A stretch of 64,000 nucleotides of DNA from contig JBKQIY010000188.1 of assembly GCA_052148155.1 (NCBI GenBank), positions 26,090 through 90,089 on the forward strand, in the 5' to 3' direction. Position 1 is the first letter of the stretch. Every line of letters starts with the position of its first letter. The notes below the pieces were generated by a model. The model did no database searches. It was not told the DNA's origin and saw only the letters and a program-made list of their open reading frames with translations. Positions 10,082-22,318 of this stretch are shown piece after piece. The position numbers and the translations under genes were made by a program. Source of the stretch: Acidimicrobiia bacterium (GTDB taxonomy: Bacteria > Actinomycetota > Acidimicrobiia > IMCC26256 > PALSA-610).

Positions 10082-10972
10082 ATGGCCGAGCGTTTCGCTT
10101 CCGTTCCCGATGTCTTGCAGCGCCTACGCGACGTCGACTATCTCGCCGACACGAGCATCGCCGGCGTCGTATACCTCGCCGACCGGCTGGGCAAACCGGT
10201 ACTTGTCGAAGGGCCCGCGGGCGTCGGGAAAACCGAACTTGCCAAAGCGGCCGCGGCGATCACCAACGCGCGGCTGATTCGATTGCAGTGCTACGAGGGC
10301 CTCGACGAGTCAAAGGCCATCTACGAGTGGAACTACAAAAAGCAGCTTCTGCGTATCCAGGCCGACCGGGAGCACGAACGCGACTGGGAGACCGTCGAGG
10401 CCGACATCTTCTCCGAACAGTTCCTGCTCACGCGGCCGCTCCTCGAAGCGATCCGGGCCGTTGACCCGGTGGTGTTGCTCATCGACGAGGTCGATCGGGT
10501 AGAAATCGAGACCGAAGCGCTCCTGCTCGAGGTGTTGTCCGACTTCCAGGTTTCGATCCCTGAGCTGGGCACGATCGAGGGGGTACAGCGGCCCCTCGTC
10601 TTCCTCACGTCGAACAACACCCGCGAGCTCTCGGAGGCACTCAAACGGCGTTGCCTGTTCTTGCACATCGACTATCCCGACGTCGAGCGCGAAAAGGAGA
10701 TCGTGCGGGTACGGGTACCCGAGGTCGACGAAGCGCTCGCCGAACAGATCGCGAAGGTTGTCGGCTCGATCCGCAACATCGACCTGAAGAAGGCACCGTC
10801 GATTTCGGAAACCATTGACTGGGCGCGCACACTGGTCTATCTCGGCCGAAGCGAGATCACGCCCGAAGTCATGGGTGAGACGCTGCACGTGCTGCTCAAG
10901 TACCAGACCGACATCACCAAAGCGCGCAAGGAGCTCGGCGTCGACGCGCCAGCCACGCCGGGACGGCGCTGA
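10082..10972 (+). CDS. MoxR/CoxD-like AAA+ ATPase
   Basis: Walker A VEGPAGVGKTELAKA and Walker B VLLIDEVDR. About 296 aa. The ATG at 10082 is preceded by CAGGAG. The track start at 9911 lies inside proA. Confidence 0.88.
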   Translation: MAERFASVPDVLQRLRDVDYLADTSIAGVVYLADRLGKPVLVEGPAGVGKTELAKAAAAITNARLIRLQCYEGLDESKAIYEWNYKKQLLRIQADREHERDWETVEADIFSEQFLLTRPLLEAIRAVDPVVLLIDEVDRVEIETEALLLEVLSDFQVSIPELGTIEGVQRPLVFLTSNNTRELSEALKRRCLFLHIDYPDVEREKEIVRVRVPEVDEALAEQIAKVVGSIRNIDLKKAPSISETIDWARTLVYLGRSEITPEVMGETLHVLLKYQTDITKARKELGVDAPATPGRR

Positions 10973-10978
10973 AATTGG

Positions 10979-12499
10979 ATGCAGTGGAACAAGCTCGACT
11001 ATGCGATGCGAGATCGTCCACTCGGAACGTCGGGTGAACGTGTGAGCGCGATATCGAGCGAGCCGGCGATGCTCGACGTACTTCAGGGTTTCGTGCACGA
11101 GCTCAGACTTGCCGGTCTTCCGGTGTCGATGACCGAAAACCTCGACGCGATGCGCGCGGTCGAGTACGTCCCGCTTCAAGACCGTGATGCGTTTAAGACT
11201 GCGCTGTGCGCGACGTTGGTGAAGCACCATGGGCACCACAAGGTGTTCGACACCGTGTTCGAGGTGTACTTCTCGATCTTCAGTCCGGGCGTCGAGGGCG
11301 GGGAGGCGGGAGAGCTCGGCGCTGACGCACAGGCCGACTTCGACCAGCTGCGCGCCGAGATGGACGCTGGTGGCGCGATGGGTCAGCTATCAAACGAAGA
11401 GCTCGCGCAGATGCTCTTACAGGCGCTCATGCGCATGGACACCGAGCAGCTGCGGGCGCTCGCAGGCGCGGCGGTCGCTCGCTTCGCGGGGATGGAACCT
11501 GGTCGTCCGGTCGGCGGCGCGTATTACCTGTACCGAACGTTGCGACAACTCGACGCTGAAGGCCTCGTTGCCAAGATGATGGAACAGGCCGAGCAAGACC
11601 AACAGATCGGAGCAGGCTCGTTCGACGAACGCCTCGCTCGCGAGGAGTACGAAGGCCGCCTGAAGGTTTTGAAGGAGATGATTGAGGCCGAGATCCGTCG
11701 CCGTCTCGTTGCCGACCGTGGTGTCGAAGCGATGGCCCGCACCTTACGCAAGCCACTCCCCGAAGACGTCGACTTCATGCACGCATCGCGTGAGGAGATG
11801 CAGCAGCTCCAGAAGGCGATCTACCCCCTCACGCGCGCCCTGGCTGCTCGCCTCGCGCAGCGCCGACGCCACCGGCACCGCGGCACGCTCGACTTTCGGC
11901 GAACGGTGCGTCAGTCGCTGTCGTACGGCGGCGTCCCCGCCGAGCCGAGGTTTAAGCGACCTCGTCCGTCGAAGCCGGAAATCATGGTCGTGGCCGACAT
12001 TTCGGGATCGGTCGCGTCGTTCGCGCGGTTCACCCTCCAGTTTGTGTACGCGATGCAAAGCGAGTTCTCGAAGGTACGTTCCTGGGTGTTCATCGACGGT
12101 GTCGACGAAGTGACCCGTTTCTTCGACGAGTCCGACGAACTGGCCACCGCGATCAACCGGGTCAACACCGAGGCCGACGTCGTATGGGTCGACGGTCACT
12201 CCGACTACGGCCACGCGTTCGAGGTGTGGCACGAGCGCCATATTCGGGAGGTGACTCGCAAGTCATCGATTATCCTTCTCGGCGACGCGCGCAACAATTA
12301 TCACGCGGCACAAGCATGGACGCTTGCCGAGATGCGCAAGCGAGCACGGCGGCTGTTCTGGCTCGATCCGGAGCCGCGCGGCTATTGGGACACCGGCGAC
12401 TCGATCATCTCCGAATACGCGCCGTACTGCGACGGCGTGTACGAGGTGCGGAACTTGCGCCAGTTGCACAAGTTCGTCGAAGACGTCGTCAGCGTCTAG
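10979..12499 (+). CDS. VWA-domain protein (CoxE-like partner of the MoxR ATPase)
   Basis: C-terminal VWA domain with MIDAS-like VVADISGSV. It follows the AAA+ gene by 6 nt. The start is ambiguous (10979, GTG 11042 or ATG 11069). Confidence 0.8.
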   Translation: MQWNKLDYAMRDRPLGTSGERVSAISSEPAMLDVLQGFVHELRLAGLPVSMTENLDAMRAVEYVPLQDRDAFKTALCATLVKHHGHHKVFDTVFEVYFSIFSPGVEGGEAGELGADAQADFDQLRAEMDAGGAMGQLSNEELAQMLLQALMRMDTEQLRALAGAAVARFAGMEPGRPVGGAYYLYRTLRQLDAEGLVAKMMEQAEQDQQIGAGSFDERLAREEYEGRLKVLKEMIEAEIRRRLVADRGVEAMARTLRKPLPEDVDFMHASREEMQQLQKAIYPLTRALAARLAQRRRHRHRGTLDFRRTVRQSLSYGGVPAEPRFKRPRPSKPEIMVVADISGSVASFARFTLQFVYAMQSEFSKVRSWVFIDGVDEVTRFFDESDELATAINRVNTEADVVWVDGHSDYGHAFEVWHERHIREVTRKSSIILLGDARNNYHAAQAWTLAEMRKRARRLFWLDPEPRGYWDTGDSIISEYAPYCDGVYEVRNLRQLHKFVEDVVSV

Positions 12500-13129
12500 T
12501 CACACCGTTCGCTCATCCGGGTTGCGCAACAGCGTCCAGACCGGAGGACACGGCGGGCTGTCGAGCTTGCGTACCACCTCGAAACGGTGACGTGCGTAGT
12601 ACGCGATGTTGTCTTCTTTTTGGGTCTCGAGGTATGCCGGAAGACCCTCCCGGTCACAGCGTTCCAGGACGGGCGCCAGCACCGAAGAGCCTGCACCCAC
12701 CCGTTGGAACAGCGGATCGCTTCCGAGCACAGCCAGGTAGTAGTGAGGGCCGCCGACGTCTTTGTGTGCTTTGTCGACCGCGGCCAACAGCTTGATGCTG
12801 TCGCGTATGCGTCCACGGGCGTGCACGAATGCAGGAACGGCGCGAACGTTTGTCATGACCTCGCGCTTGGTGGTGCGCGGATACGCACCCGGCGGCAGCC
12901 ATACCGCGGCACCGGCGACTTTGCCGTCGGCGTGTGCGACCCAGATCTCGCCGAACGGGCTGGCGTCCTTCACTGCGCCGCTCATGAATCCGAGCAGCCC
13001 CTTGGTCTGATTCACGAGATTCGGCACGAAATATCCGAACAGCGGGTCGTCAAAGAAGGCCCGGCCGAGCGCGGCGATCACGGCCGGCTCCTCGCGCGGT
13101 TGCATACGGTCGACGTCGAATTGGCGCAT
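12500..13129 (-). CDS. GNAT-family N-acetyltransferase
   Basis: About 209 aa. Acetyl-CoA-binding-type motif FQRVGAGSSVLAPVL followed by ...PAYLET...N..YYARHRFEVV. Confidence 0.7.
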   Translation of the reverse strand: MRQFDVDRMQPREEPAVIAALGRAFFDDPLFGYFVPNLVNQTKGLLGFMSGAVKDASPFGEIWVAHADGKVAGAAVWLPPGAYPRTTKREVMTNVRAVPAFVHARGRIRDSIKLLAAVDKAHKDVGGPHYYLAVLGSDPLFQRVGAGSSVLAPVLERCDREGLPAYLETQKEDNIAYYARHRFEVVRKLDSPPCPPVWTLLRNPDERTV

Positions 13130-13644
13130 CCGCCGAGGCTAACGGCGAATCGGCCCAACGGGTAAGGCGACCGCCGCGCGACGTGACGAACGGCAGTCGG
13201 ACATGTGGGCGGGGACAGCCGAAACGGCCGCTGAGTTTGTCGGTCGTGTCGTCGGCAACCTCACCAACGCGGCGGCCGTGCCTGGCGTGCTTGCGTCGCA
13301 GGCCCGGTGCGGCAGTCCCGCCGCCGGGTTGGCACCGGACCGGCGCGCCGTGAACCGGTCTCTGAGCCGGTCCCCGTCGACGCGCGGGCGATCGTCGGTT
13401 TCTCGGGCGCGCCCGCATCGGGGTACGCCGTCGGCGATCCCGACCGCGAAGTTCGTCGGCAACGGCCATCGCGAAGAGCCCGGTCACGATCAGGAACTCG
13501 ACCACGCATGAGCGAAGCACGATCGGGTCGTCGTCGCGGCTCAGTGGTGAGCTCCCGGCGCGTAAGTCGGCTCGTATCGAACCGGTCGACCGTGACATCC
13601 TCGCCGGCGGCCACCCGCACTGGCCGCCCACCTAACCTGATCGC

Positions 13645-14664
13645 GTGCCCGACCTCGCCGCGCTCGTTCCCATCGGTTGGAACGAGCGCATCGCGGCGGC
13701 CGCGGCCGCGGCGGCTGCCCACCATCCCGGCGAACCCGGGCGGATCACGCGGGTCGATCGGGGCCTCGTCACCGTGCTCACGGCCTCCGGCCCAGTTCGC
13801 GCCGCGACCGGAGCCGATCCCTTGGCGACTGGCGATTGGGTGTTGGTGGGCGAGGGCGACGAATCTCCGGTCGTGGCGACCGTGCTGCCCCGCCACTCAG
13901 CGTTCGTGCGAGGCGACCCGATGGACGGGACCGCGCGCAACGCGCAGGTGGTCGCCACCAACATCGACACGGTATTCGTCACCCAGTCGTTCGAGCATGG
14001 CCCCAACCTGCGACGCCTCGAACGCGAGCTCGTCCTCGCGTTCGAAAGCGGCGCCGAACCGGTGATCGTGCTGACCAAAGCCGATCTGGCCGCCGACCCG
14101 ATCGACGTCTCGTCGGTCGTTCGCACCGCGTCGGGCGCGCCGGTGATCGTGACGAGCGCAATATCGCGAGTCGGCGTCGACGAGCTCCGCCGGTATGCTG
14201 CGCCGGGCTGCACCGTCGCGTTGATCGGCGCCTCGGGAGTGGGCAAGTCGACACTTGTGAACTGCCTCGTCGGCTCCGACGTGCGAACCACCGGTGCGGT
14301 TCGTGCCCGTGATCAGCGCGGGCGCCACACGACAACTTCACGGGAGCTCGTGCTGCTCCCCGACGGAGGTGTGCTCGTTGATACGCCGGGCCTGCGCGCG
14401 GTCACGTTATGGGTCGCCGATGAAGGCCTCCGGCGTGCCTTCGCCGACATCGAAATCTACGCGATCGAATGCCGGTTCCACGACTGCGTGCACGACCAGG
14501 AGCCGGGCTGCGCGGTGCAGCTCGCAGTCACCCGCGGCGAGATCGACGCGGCGCGCGTGTTGCATTACCGCGATCTCGGCGCCGAGCTCGACCGCGTGGC
14601 GCTGCAGGAGCGCGATCGTGCACGCGAAGCCCAGGCCGGCCGTCGAGTTCGTCGGTCAAGATAG
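13645..14664 (+). CDS. rsgA: Ribosome small-subunit-dependent GTPase A
   Basis: Circularly permuted GTPase: VLTKADL, then ALIGASGVGKSTLVNCL, then the zinc motif CRFHDCVHDQEPGCAV. Confidence 0.93.
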   Translation: MPDLAALVPIGWNERIAAAAAAAAAHHPGEPGRITRVDRGLVTVLTASGPVRAATGADPLATGDWVLVGEGDESPVVATVLPRHSAFVRGDPMDGTARNAQVVATNIDTVFVTQSFEHGPNLRRLERELVLAFESGAEPVIVLTKADLAADPIDVSSVVRTASGAPVIVTSAISRVGVDELRRYAAPGCTVALIGASGVGKSTLVNCLVGSDVRTTGAVRARDQRGRHTTTSRELVLLPDGGVLVDTPGLRAVTLWVADEGLRRAFADIEIYAIECRFHDCVHDQEPGCAVQLAVTRGEIDAARVLHYRDLGAELDRVALQERDRAREAQAGRRVRRSR

Positions 14665-14684
14665 TTGCCAGCTGAAGTCCGGCC

Positions 14685-15353
14685 TTAGGCGAGCATCGAT
14701 GCGGCGCGGTCGGCGATGCGGGCCAGGGCGAGGAGCTGATGACGTTCGCGTCGGCGGAACGGATGACCGTCACGCCCGATGAGCAGCACCGCGTCGTTGG
14801 CGGGGAGCGGCGCGACAGCGAGGTCTTCGGGTCCTGCATCGCCGGCCGCGACCGCGGGCGACGCACCGATGCCGGCCGCGAGCGCGTCGAGCACCGAAGC
14901 GTCGGGCATGCCTTCGCCGACCGCTGCCAGCACAATCCTGGCGCGCAGTACCACCGCCCAGCTCGAAGCGAACTCGGTGTACACGCGTTCTACGAGTCGA
15001 CACCAGAGCGCGACGGCGTGATCAGCTTCGAAGACGCGCTCAACGGTCTCGAGCGCGTCCAGTCGCGCGTCGGGAAACCGATCGACGCGCTCCCATTGCT
15101 CGACCGACGCGCCGTCAACCTCCTCGATCTCACGCACGAGCAACTTGACGAGATCCATGCTGGAGATGACGACCGCGAACTCGTCGACTGCGACATGTTC
15201 GCTGCGCTCGAGGACGTCGACGCCGACGATGTCCGCACCGATCGCGCCGATCCGAGATGCAACGAGTCCGAGCGCACCAGGACGGTCGGGAAGCCACACC
15301 CGTACGACAAGGCGAACGTCGTCGCCTGCAGGTGAATCCCGGGTCGTCGCCAT
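14685..15353 (-). CDS. ACT-domain protein with a GAF-like C-terminal region
   Basis: N-terminal ACT signature (VVRVWLPDRPGALGLVASRIGAIGADIVGVDVLE). The C-terminus ends like a GAF fold (LAVAPLPANDAVLLIGRDGHPF...LLALARIADRAA). Confidence 0.55.
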   Translation of the reverse strand: MATTRDSPAGDDVRLVVRVWLPDRPGALGLVASRIGAIGADIVGVDVLERSEHVAVDEFAVVISSMDLVKLLVREIEEVDGASVEQWERVDRFPDARLDALETVERVFEADHAVALWCRLVERVYTEFASSWAVVLRARIVLAAVGEGMPDASVLDALAAGIGASPAVAAGDAGPEDLAVAPLPANDAVLLIGRDGHPFRRRERHQLLALARIADRAASMLA

Positions 15354-15433
15354 GAGCAGAGGCTACGACGCGCGGGATTGGCGCGCGCATCGGCAACGCG
15401 CCTTTCACACAGTGTTCTCCGTAGAATCGACTC

Positions 15434-16060
15434 GTGCCCGGTGCCGAGTCAGCCGCATCCCCGCCGCCTGCAGCAGACATGTCGGCGAGTCACGAGCGGA
15501 TCGGGATCCTGGGCGGGACGTTCGACCCTGTGCACGTGGGACATTTGATGGACGCGTCCGCGGCGCGTCACCAGCTCGCGCTCGACCGGGTCCTTGTTGT
15601 GGTCGCCCGTGATCCGTGGCAGAAGCGCGATCGAACGCTGGCTCCGGCCGAGGTTCGTTACGAGATGGTGGCGGCCGCGTTGGACGGTGTCGAAGGACTC
15701 GAAGCGTCGCGAATAGAGCTCGAACGGGACGGTCCGACGTATTCGATCGACACCGTCGAAGCGCTCGACGCGCCCGGCCGCGAGCTCTTCCTCATCGTCG
15801 GTAGCGAGGTCGCCGCTGGCTTACCGACGTGGCACCGCGTCGACGAGTTGCGCGGACGTGTCACACTGTCGATCGTCGACCGCGACCCGACTCCGTTTCC
15901 TGCGCCCGACGGCTGGCGAACGGCACGAGTTGCGGTGCCGCGGTTGGAGTTGTCGTCGACGGATCTCCGGGATCGTGTCGCGGCAGGAGCGCCGATTGAC
16001 TTCCTCGTTCCGGTCGCTGCTGCGCATATCCTTCGCGCCCACGGGCTCTACCAGGTCTGA
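15434..16060 (+). CDS. nadD: Nicotinate-nucleotide adenylyltransferase
   Basis: IGILGGTFDPVHVGHL (the (H/T)xGH motif) and the C-terminal SSTDLRDR motif. Confidence 0.93.
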   Translation: MPGAESAASPPPAADMSASHERIGILGGTFDPVHVGHLMDASAARHQLALDRVLVVVARDPWQKRDRTLAPAEVRYEMVAAALDGVEGLEASRIELERDGPTYSIDTVEALDAPGRELFLIVGSEVAAGLPTWHRVDELRGRVTLSIVDRDPTPFPAPDGWRTARVAVPRLELSSTDLRDRVAAGAPIDFLVPVAAAHILRAHGLYQV

Positions 16061-16248
16061 TGGCGAGGAGCTCGCGTCGTCGCCGCGATTTCCGAGCGCA
16101 GCTCGCTGTCGTCGTGCTCGCGGCCTTGGCCGGTGTGATCGCCGGGAGTCTCGGCACGCATCGCAGCTGGGAGCGCGTTCCCGCCCGAGCGGCGACGACC
16201 TCGACGACGATCCGAGGCCCTCGCCCAACCCGTAACCGGCGGCCGTGA
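16060..16248 (+). CDS. Small membrane-anchored protein (62 aa), hypothetical
   Basis: The ATG overlaps the nadD stop (TGATG), and its stop overlaps a GTG of the rsfS ORF (GTGA). An Arg-rich N-terminus is followed by one hydrophobic helix (LAVVVLAALAGVIAGSL). I recognise no homology. Confidence 0.4.
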   Translation: MARSSRRRRDFRAQLAVVVLAALAGVIAGSLGTHRSWERVPARAATTSTTIRGPRPTRNRRP

Positions 16249-16706
16249 CAGACTGGAGCGCAAATGACGCCGCGGCAGGGATGCGTGTGACCCGAATTTC
16301 GAAAACGACCGCCAAGACGGAGGAGGCCGCGCTCACGCCGCTCGACGTGGGAACTCGATCGCGTATCGCAGCTCGAGCGGCCGACGACAAGAAGGGTGAG
16401 GACGTCCTCGTCCTCGACGTCGCCGAAATCATGGGCATCGTCGAGTGCTTCGTGATCACGAGCGCTTCCAACACCCGGATGGTGCGCAGCATCGTCGATG
16501 AGGTCGAACGTCAGCTGTACGAGCAGACAGGTGACAAGCCGCGGGCAGTCGAAGGACTTCGGGACGCGTCGTGGGTCTTGCTCGACTACGGCGACATCGT
16601 CGTGCACGTCTTCTTGCACGAAACGCGCGAATACTACGGACTTGAGCGCCTGTGGGCCGACGCCGCGACGGTACCGTGGGCCGACAGCGCGACGACCGCG
16701 TCGTAA
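16245..16706 (+). CDS. rsfS: Ribosome silencing factor RsfS
   Basis: KKGEDVLVLDVAEIMGIVECFVITSASNTRMVRSIVDEVE...DYGDIVVHVF is a canonical RsfS/Iojap core. The start could instead be the ATG at 16281. Confidence 0.9.
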   Translation: MTDWSANDAAAGMRVTRISKTTAKTEEAALTPLDVGTRSRIAARAADDKKGEDVLVLDVAEIMGIVECFVITSASNTRMVRSIVDEVERQLYEQTGDKPRAVEGLRDASWVLLDYGDIVVHVFLHETREYYGLERLWADAATVPWADSATTAS

Positions 16707-17036
16707 CTCGGGTGCGATCAGTCCGCTGAGATGGGCCGCTGAGTTGCGCGAGCGTCAGGCCCAACTCTTTCGGCGATCGAGATCGCAATCCGGCGTTCGA
16801 GTCGTACGGACCGCACCGGCCGGTTGGTATAGAGCACGAGCTGGCCGTCGTCGCGTCCGCATCCGGTGACCGACCGCGCGACACCGCCGGGGGCGGATTT
16901 ACGACATCAGTTGTCGGCGCGGTCGGCCGATTGCCGACGACCGAGGCGTCGATGCTGAGGCGCACCGCGTGCAACGGCGTGTCTACGGCCTCGAACAGGC
17001 ATTGGTCGATGCCGAGTGCCTCATTCTATTGTCGGG

Positions 17037-17801
17037 TCATCCGGCCGACTTGGTTGCGAGTGTGATGCCGAGCTCATCGGCGATCGCCACGGCGACGAGT
17101 CGTTTTTGGAGTGAGGTACGCACGGACTCCGAAGCGAACAGGACGAGCCGGCCGAACGCGCGTCCGCGCCCCACCACCGGGAGCTCGACGCCTCCGGGTG
17201 GCAGTACGAACTCGGTGTGGGTCGAGACGAGCTGTGTCCCTTCGATGGCGCCCCGGATGCCGAGCCGCGGGAGCGCGGATTCGGATTCGGTGGTCTCGAA
17301 CGCGCAGTCGACTAGGCCGAATAGGCCGATGAGCTCGGCCCGGGCGGATGAGACGACGTCCTCGATGTCACCGCCGCGGGCGGCGAGTTCGATCACTCGA
17401 TACAAACGATCGAGATCAGTACGCGATTCGCGTGCGGAATGGCCTCCCCGCCGAGCACGAATGCCGACCTCGGCCGAGATGAACGCGACGATCAGCAATA
17501 CGACGATGCTGGCGATATCGTTGCCACTCGCGATTCGGAGCGATTGATACGGCTGGGTGAAGAAGAAGTCGAAGCACAGCGCCGCTGCAACTGCGGAGAT
17601 CGCACCTGGCCAGCGTCCTCCGAGTACTCCCGCGATGAGGACTGGCAGCACGAGCGCGAGCGCCATGTTGTCGTTGTGCAGATGAGGCCGCAGGGGGATC
17701 ATCGCGAGCGATAAGGCCAGTGCGCCCAGCACGCCGACCGCGAGGCCGACAAGTTTGGAGCCGTCCTCCGGAGCGCGCGGGCGTCGACGCAGTGCGTCCA
17801 C
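17037..17801 (-). CDS. KdpD-like membrane (DUF4118-type) plus GAF-like protein lacking kinase domains
   Basis: Four hydrophobic helices resembling the KdpD membrane segment, followed by a roughly 110-aa GAF-like tail. No HisKA or HATPase motifs. It starts 9 nt downstream of kdpC on the same strand. Confidence 0.7.
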   Translation of the reverse strand: MDALRRRPRAPEDGSKLVGLAVGVLGALALSLAMIPLRPHLHNDNMALALVLPVLIAGVLGGRWPGAISAVAAALCFDFFFTQPYQSLRIASGNDIASIVVLLIVAFISAEVGIRARRGGHSARESRTDLDRLYRVIELAARGGDIEDVVSSARAELIGLFGLVDCAFETTESESALPRLGIRGAIEGTQLVSTHTEFVLPPGGVELPVVGRGRAFGRLVLFASESVRTSLQKRLVAVAIADELGITLATKSAG

Positions 17802-17810
17802 GACGCGCGC

Positions 17811-18401
17811 TCAGCTCGTTCGATCGAGTGCGAGGTTGAGATCGAGCACGTTGACCGTCTTTTCCCCGAGTATGCCGAACGGGCGATTATCGGTGTGGGC
17901 GCGGACCAGCGCGAGCACAAAACTGACGGAGAGCTTACGAGCCGCGGCGACCCTCGGGGCTTGAAGCGTGGCGTTCGCGACGGAGATGTCGGGGTCGAGG
18001 CCCGAGGCGGAGGCGGTGACCGCGTCGACCGGCACGGATGCCGTCGCGGAGAGGCCGTTGAGCTTGCGATAGGAATTCACCCGCCGCGCGACGTCGCTGA
18101 TCAGTTCGTTCGATGACGGGCCGAGGTTCGATCCGCCGCTGGCCATCGCGTCGTAACCAGTGCCGGCCGCCGAGGGTCGAGGCTGGAAATAGCGCGGATC
18201 GGGCGCGCCGCTCTTGAGTAGGAAGTTCTGTCCGATCAGCGACGAGCCGACGACTTTGCCGTTCTGGCTGACGTATGAGCCGTTGGCCTTGGTTTTCATG
18301 AGGCCTTGCGCGATGCCGGTCATGGCGAGGGGGTAGGCGAGACCGACGAGGACGATCATCGTCAAGGTCATGGTCAGGCCGGTGATCAGTTGGCGTCGCA
18401 T
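17811..18401 (-). CDS. kdpC: K+-transporting ATPase subunit C
   Basis: MRRQLITGLTMTLTMIVLVGLAYPLAMTGIAQ...YFQPRPSA...SGLDPDIS is canonical KdpC. Confidence 0.95.
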   Translation of the reverse strand: MRRQLITGLTMTLTMIVLVGLAYPLAMTGIAQGLMKTKANGSYVSQNGKVVGSSLIGQNFLLKSGAPDPRYFQPRPSAAGTGYDAMASGGSNLGPSSNELISDVARRVNSYRKLNGLSATASVPVDAVTASASGLDPDISVANATLQAPRVAAARKLSVSFVLALVRAHTDNRPFGILGEKTVNVLDLNLALDRTS

Positions 18402-18402
18402 C

Positions 18403-20496
<2,094 letters not shown>

Positions 20497-20510
20497 GGTC
20501 ACGTTGGTCC

Positions 20511-22226
20511 TCAGAACTTTCCGACGAGTTGCTCGACGACGGGGCCGAGAGCGACGACCGGGAAGTACGTGAGACCGACGACGATCACAACGACACCGGT
20601 CAACAGGGCGGCGAACAGTGGCGTGTTCGTTGGGAACGTCCCCGCCGACGGCGGCGACGGTTGTTTGCGTCCGAGCGAACCTGCGATCGCGAGCACCGGA
20701 ATCATCAACATGAACCGGCCGATGAGCATCGCGAGCGCGCCCGTCACTTCGAACCAATTCGTCGCGGCGTTGAGTCCCGCGAACGCCGACCCGTTGTTGT
20801 TCGCCATCGACGTGTACGCGTAGGTCATCTCCGTGAGCCCGTGCGGGCCGGAGTTGTGGAGTGAGTTCAGCGCGGTCTTCATCACGATCGAGATCGCGGT
20901 GAAGGTGAGGATCATCAGCGGTACGATCAGGATGTACAGCACGACCAGCTTCATCTCGGGCCCCTGAATCTTCTTGCCCAGATACTCGGGTGTTCGCCCG
21001 ACCATCAGGCCCGCGATGAACACCGCCAGCAGCGCGAACAACAACATCCCGTACAGACCCGAACCGGTGCCGCCCGGATCGATCTCACCGAGCATGATGT
21101 TCACGAGCGGCGCCGCGCCGCCGATCGGCGTGTAACTGTCATGCATCGAATCGACCGAACCTGTCGACGTACCCGTCGTCGCCGCCGCGAAAAGTCCTGA
21201 CGCGGCCGGGCCGAACCGGACCTCTTTGCCTTCCATGTTCCCGCCTGACTGGGTTGCAGTCGTCGTCTGGTTCGCGCCGACTGCCGTCAGCTTGGGATTG
21301 CCCTTCGCTTCAAACACCATCGCGACGAGCGAGATCGCGAGCCAGAGCACGAGCATCGCACTCAGCAACGCCACGCCCTGTTTGACGTCGCCTGCCATCT
21401 TCCCGAACGTCCACGTCAGCGCGAACGGGATCGCAAGCAGCATCCAGATCTCGAGGAAGTTGGTCAGCCCGTTCGGATTCTCGAAGGGATGTGCAGAGTT
21501 CGCGTTGAATGGCCCGCCACCGTTCTCGCCGATCTCCTTGATCGCCTCCTGACTCGCGATTGGTCCACCAGGGATCGTCTGCTTCGCACCCTCGACCGTC
21601 GTCACGGTACGCGCGGCGTGGAAGTTCTGGATCGCGCCTTGGCTCACGAGTACCAAAGTGAAGACGATCGACATCGGCAACAACACCCGGACGGTTGTCC
21701 GCACGAGGTCGACCCAGAAATTTCCGAACGTGTGCGTCCGCCGCCGCACAAGTCCTCGAATCAGCGCGACCGCAACCGCAGCACCCGCGGCCGCCGACAC
21801 GAAGTTGTGCACTGCCAGGCCAGCCATCTGAGTGAGATGCGACATTGTCGTCTCACCCGCGTAGTTCTGCCAGTTCGTGTTAGTGAGGAAGCTCACGGCA
21901 GTGTTGAACGACAACAGCGAGCCGACGTCCTTCTGATGATCCGGGTTGAACGGCAAGTGGCCCTGAAGCCGAAGCTGCGCGTAGAGGACCACCACGCTCG
22001 CGAAACTGAACGCGAGCAACGAGATCGCATACGTCGTCCAGCGCTGCTCACTCGTCTCGTCGACTCCGCAGAGGCGATAGATCAAGCGCTCGACCGGGTG
22101 GAAGACGCGATCGCCGGGCGCTTTCCCACCGCCATAGACCTTCGCCATGTACGACCCAAGCAGCGGTGTGCTGATCGCCAGCAACACCAACAGCGCGAGG
22201 ACCTGCAACCAGGCGGCGCCCGACAT
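20511..22226 (-). CDS. kdpA: K+-transporting ATPase subunit A
   Basis: 571-aa polytopic protein ([31 protein letters not shown]..., NTNWQNY, GTSTGSV selectivity-filter-like repeats). Confidence 0.95.
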   Translation of the reverse strand: MSGAAWLQVLALLVLLAISTPLLGSYMAKVYGGGKAPGDRVFHPVERLIYRLCGVDETSEQRWTTYAISLLAFSFASVVVLYAQLRLQGHLPFNPDHQKDVGSLLSFNTAVSFLTNTNWQNYAGETTMSHLTQMAGLAVHNFVSAAAGAAVAVALIRGLVRRRTHTFGNFWVDLVRTTVRVLLPMSIVFTLVLVSQGAIQNFHAARTVTTVEGAKQTIPGGPIASQEAIKEIGENGGGPFNANSAHPFENPNGLTNFLEIWMLLAIPFALTWTFGKMAGDVKQGVALLSAMLVLWLAISLVAMVFEAKGNPKLTAVGANQTTTATQSGGNMEGKEVRFGPAASGLFAAATTGTSTGSVDSMHDSYTPIGGAAPLVNIMLGEIDPGGTGSGLYGMLLFALLAVFIAGLMVGRTPEYLGKKIQGPEMKLVVLYILIVPLMILTFTAISIVMKTALNSLHNSGPHGLTEMTYAYTSMANNNGSAFAGLNAATNWFEVTGALAMLIGRFMLMIPVLAIAGSLGRKQPSPPSAGTFPTNTPLFAALLTGVVVIVVGLTYFPVVALGPVVEQLVGKF

Positions 22227-22318
22227 CAGAGCTTCTCCGGGAACAACAGCGCGTACACGAGGTAGGCCGCCACCAGCGCGCTGAGGGCGAGCCCGATGGC
22301 GCTCTCGATACCGGTCAC
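22226..22318 (-). CDS. kdpF: K+-transporting ATPase subunit F (30 aa)
   Basis: [30 protein letters not shown], with the LLFPEK(F/L) ending typical of KdpF. GTG start at 22318. Its stop overlaps the kdpA ATG (TGATG). Confidence 0.85.
   Translation of the reverse strand: MTGIESAIGLALSALVAAYLVYALLFPEKL

Noticed and set aside
13261-14341. Several 120-219-aa minus-strand ORFs over rsgA
   Set aside because: These are antisense to rsgA, whose permuted GTPase and zinc motifs are clear in the plus frame.
16707-17036. A 330-bp gap after rsfS and the KdpD-like gene as a possible relic of the missing KdpD kinase half or of the backbone histidine-phosphatase gene
   Set aside because: The minus-frame fragments (for example DGQLVLYTNRPVRSVRLERRIAISIAERVG) have no HisKA, HATPase or RHG-phosphatase motifs that I can recognise.
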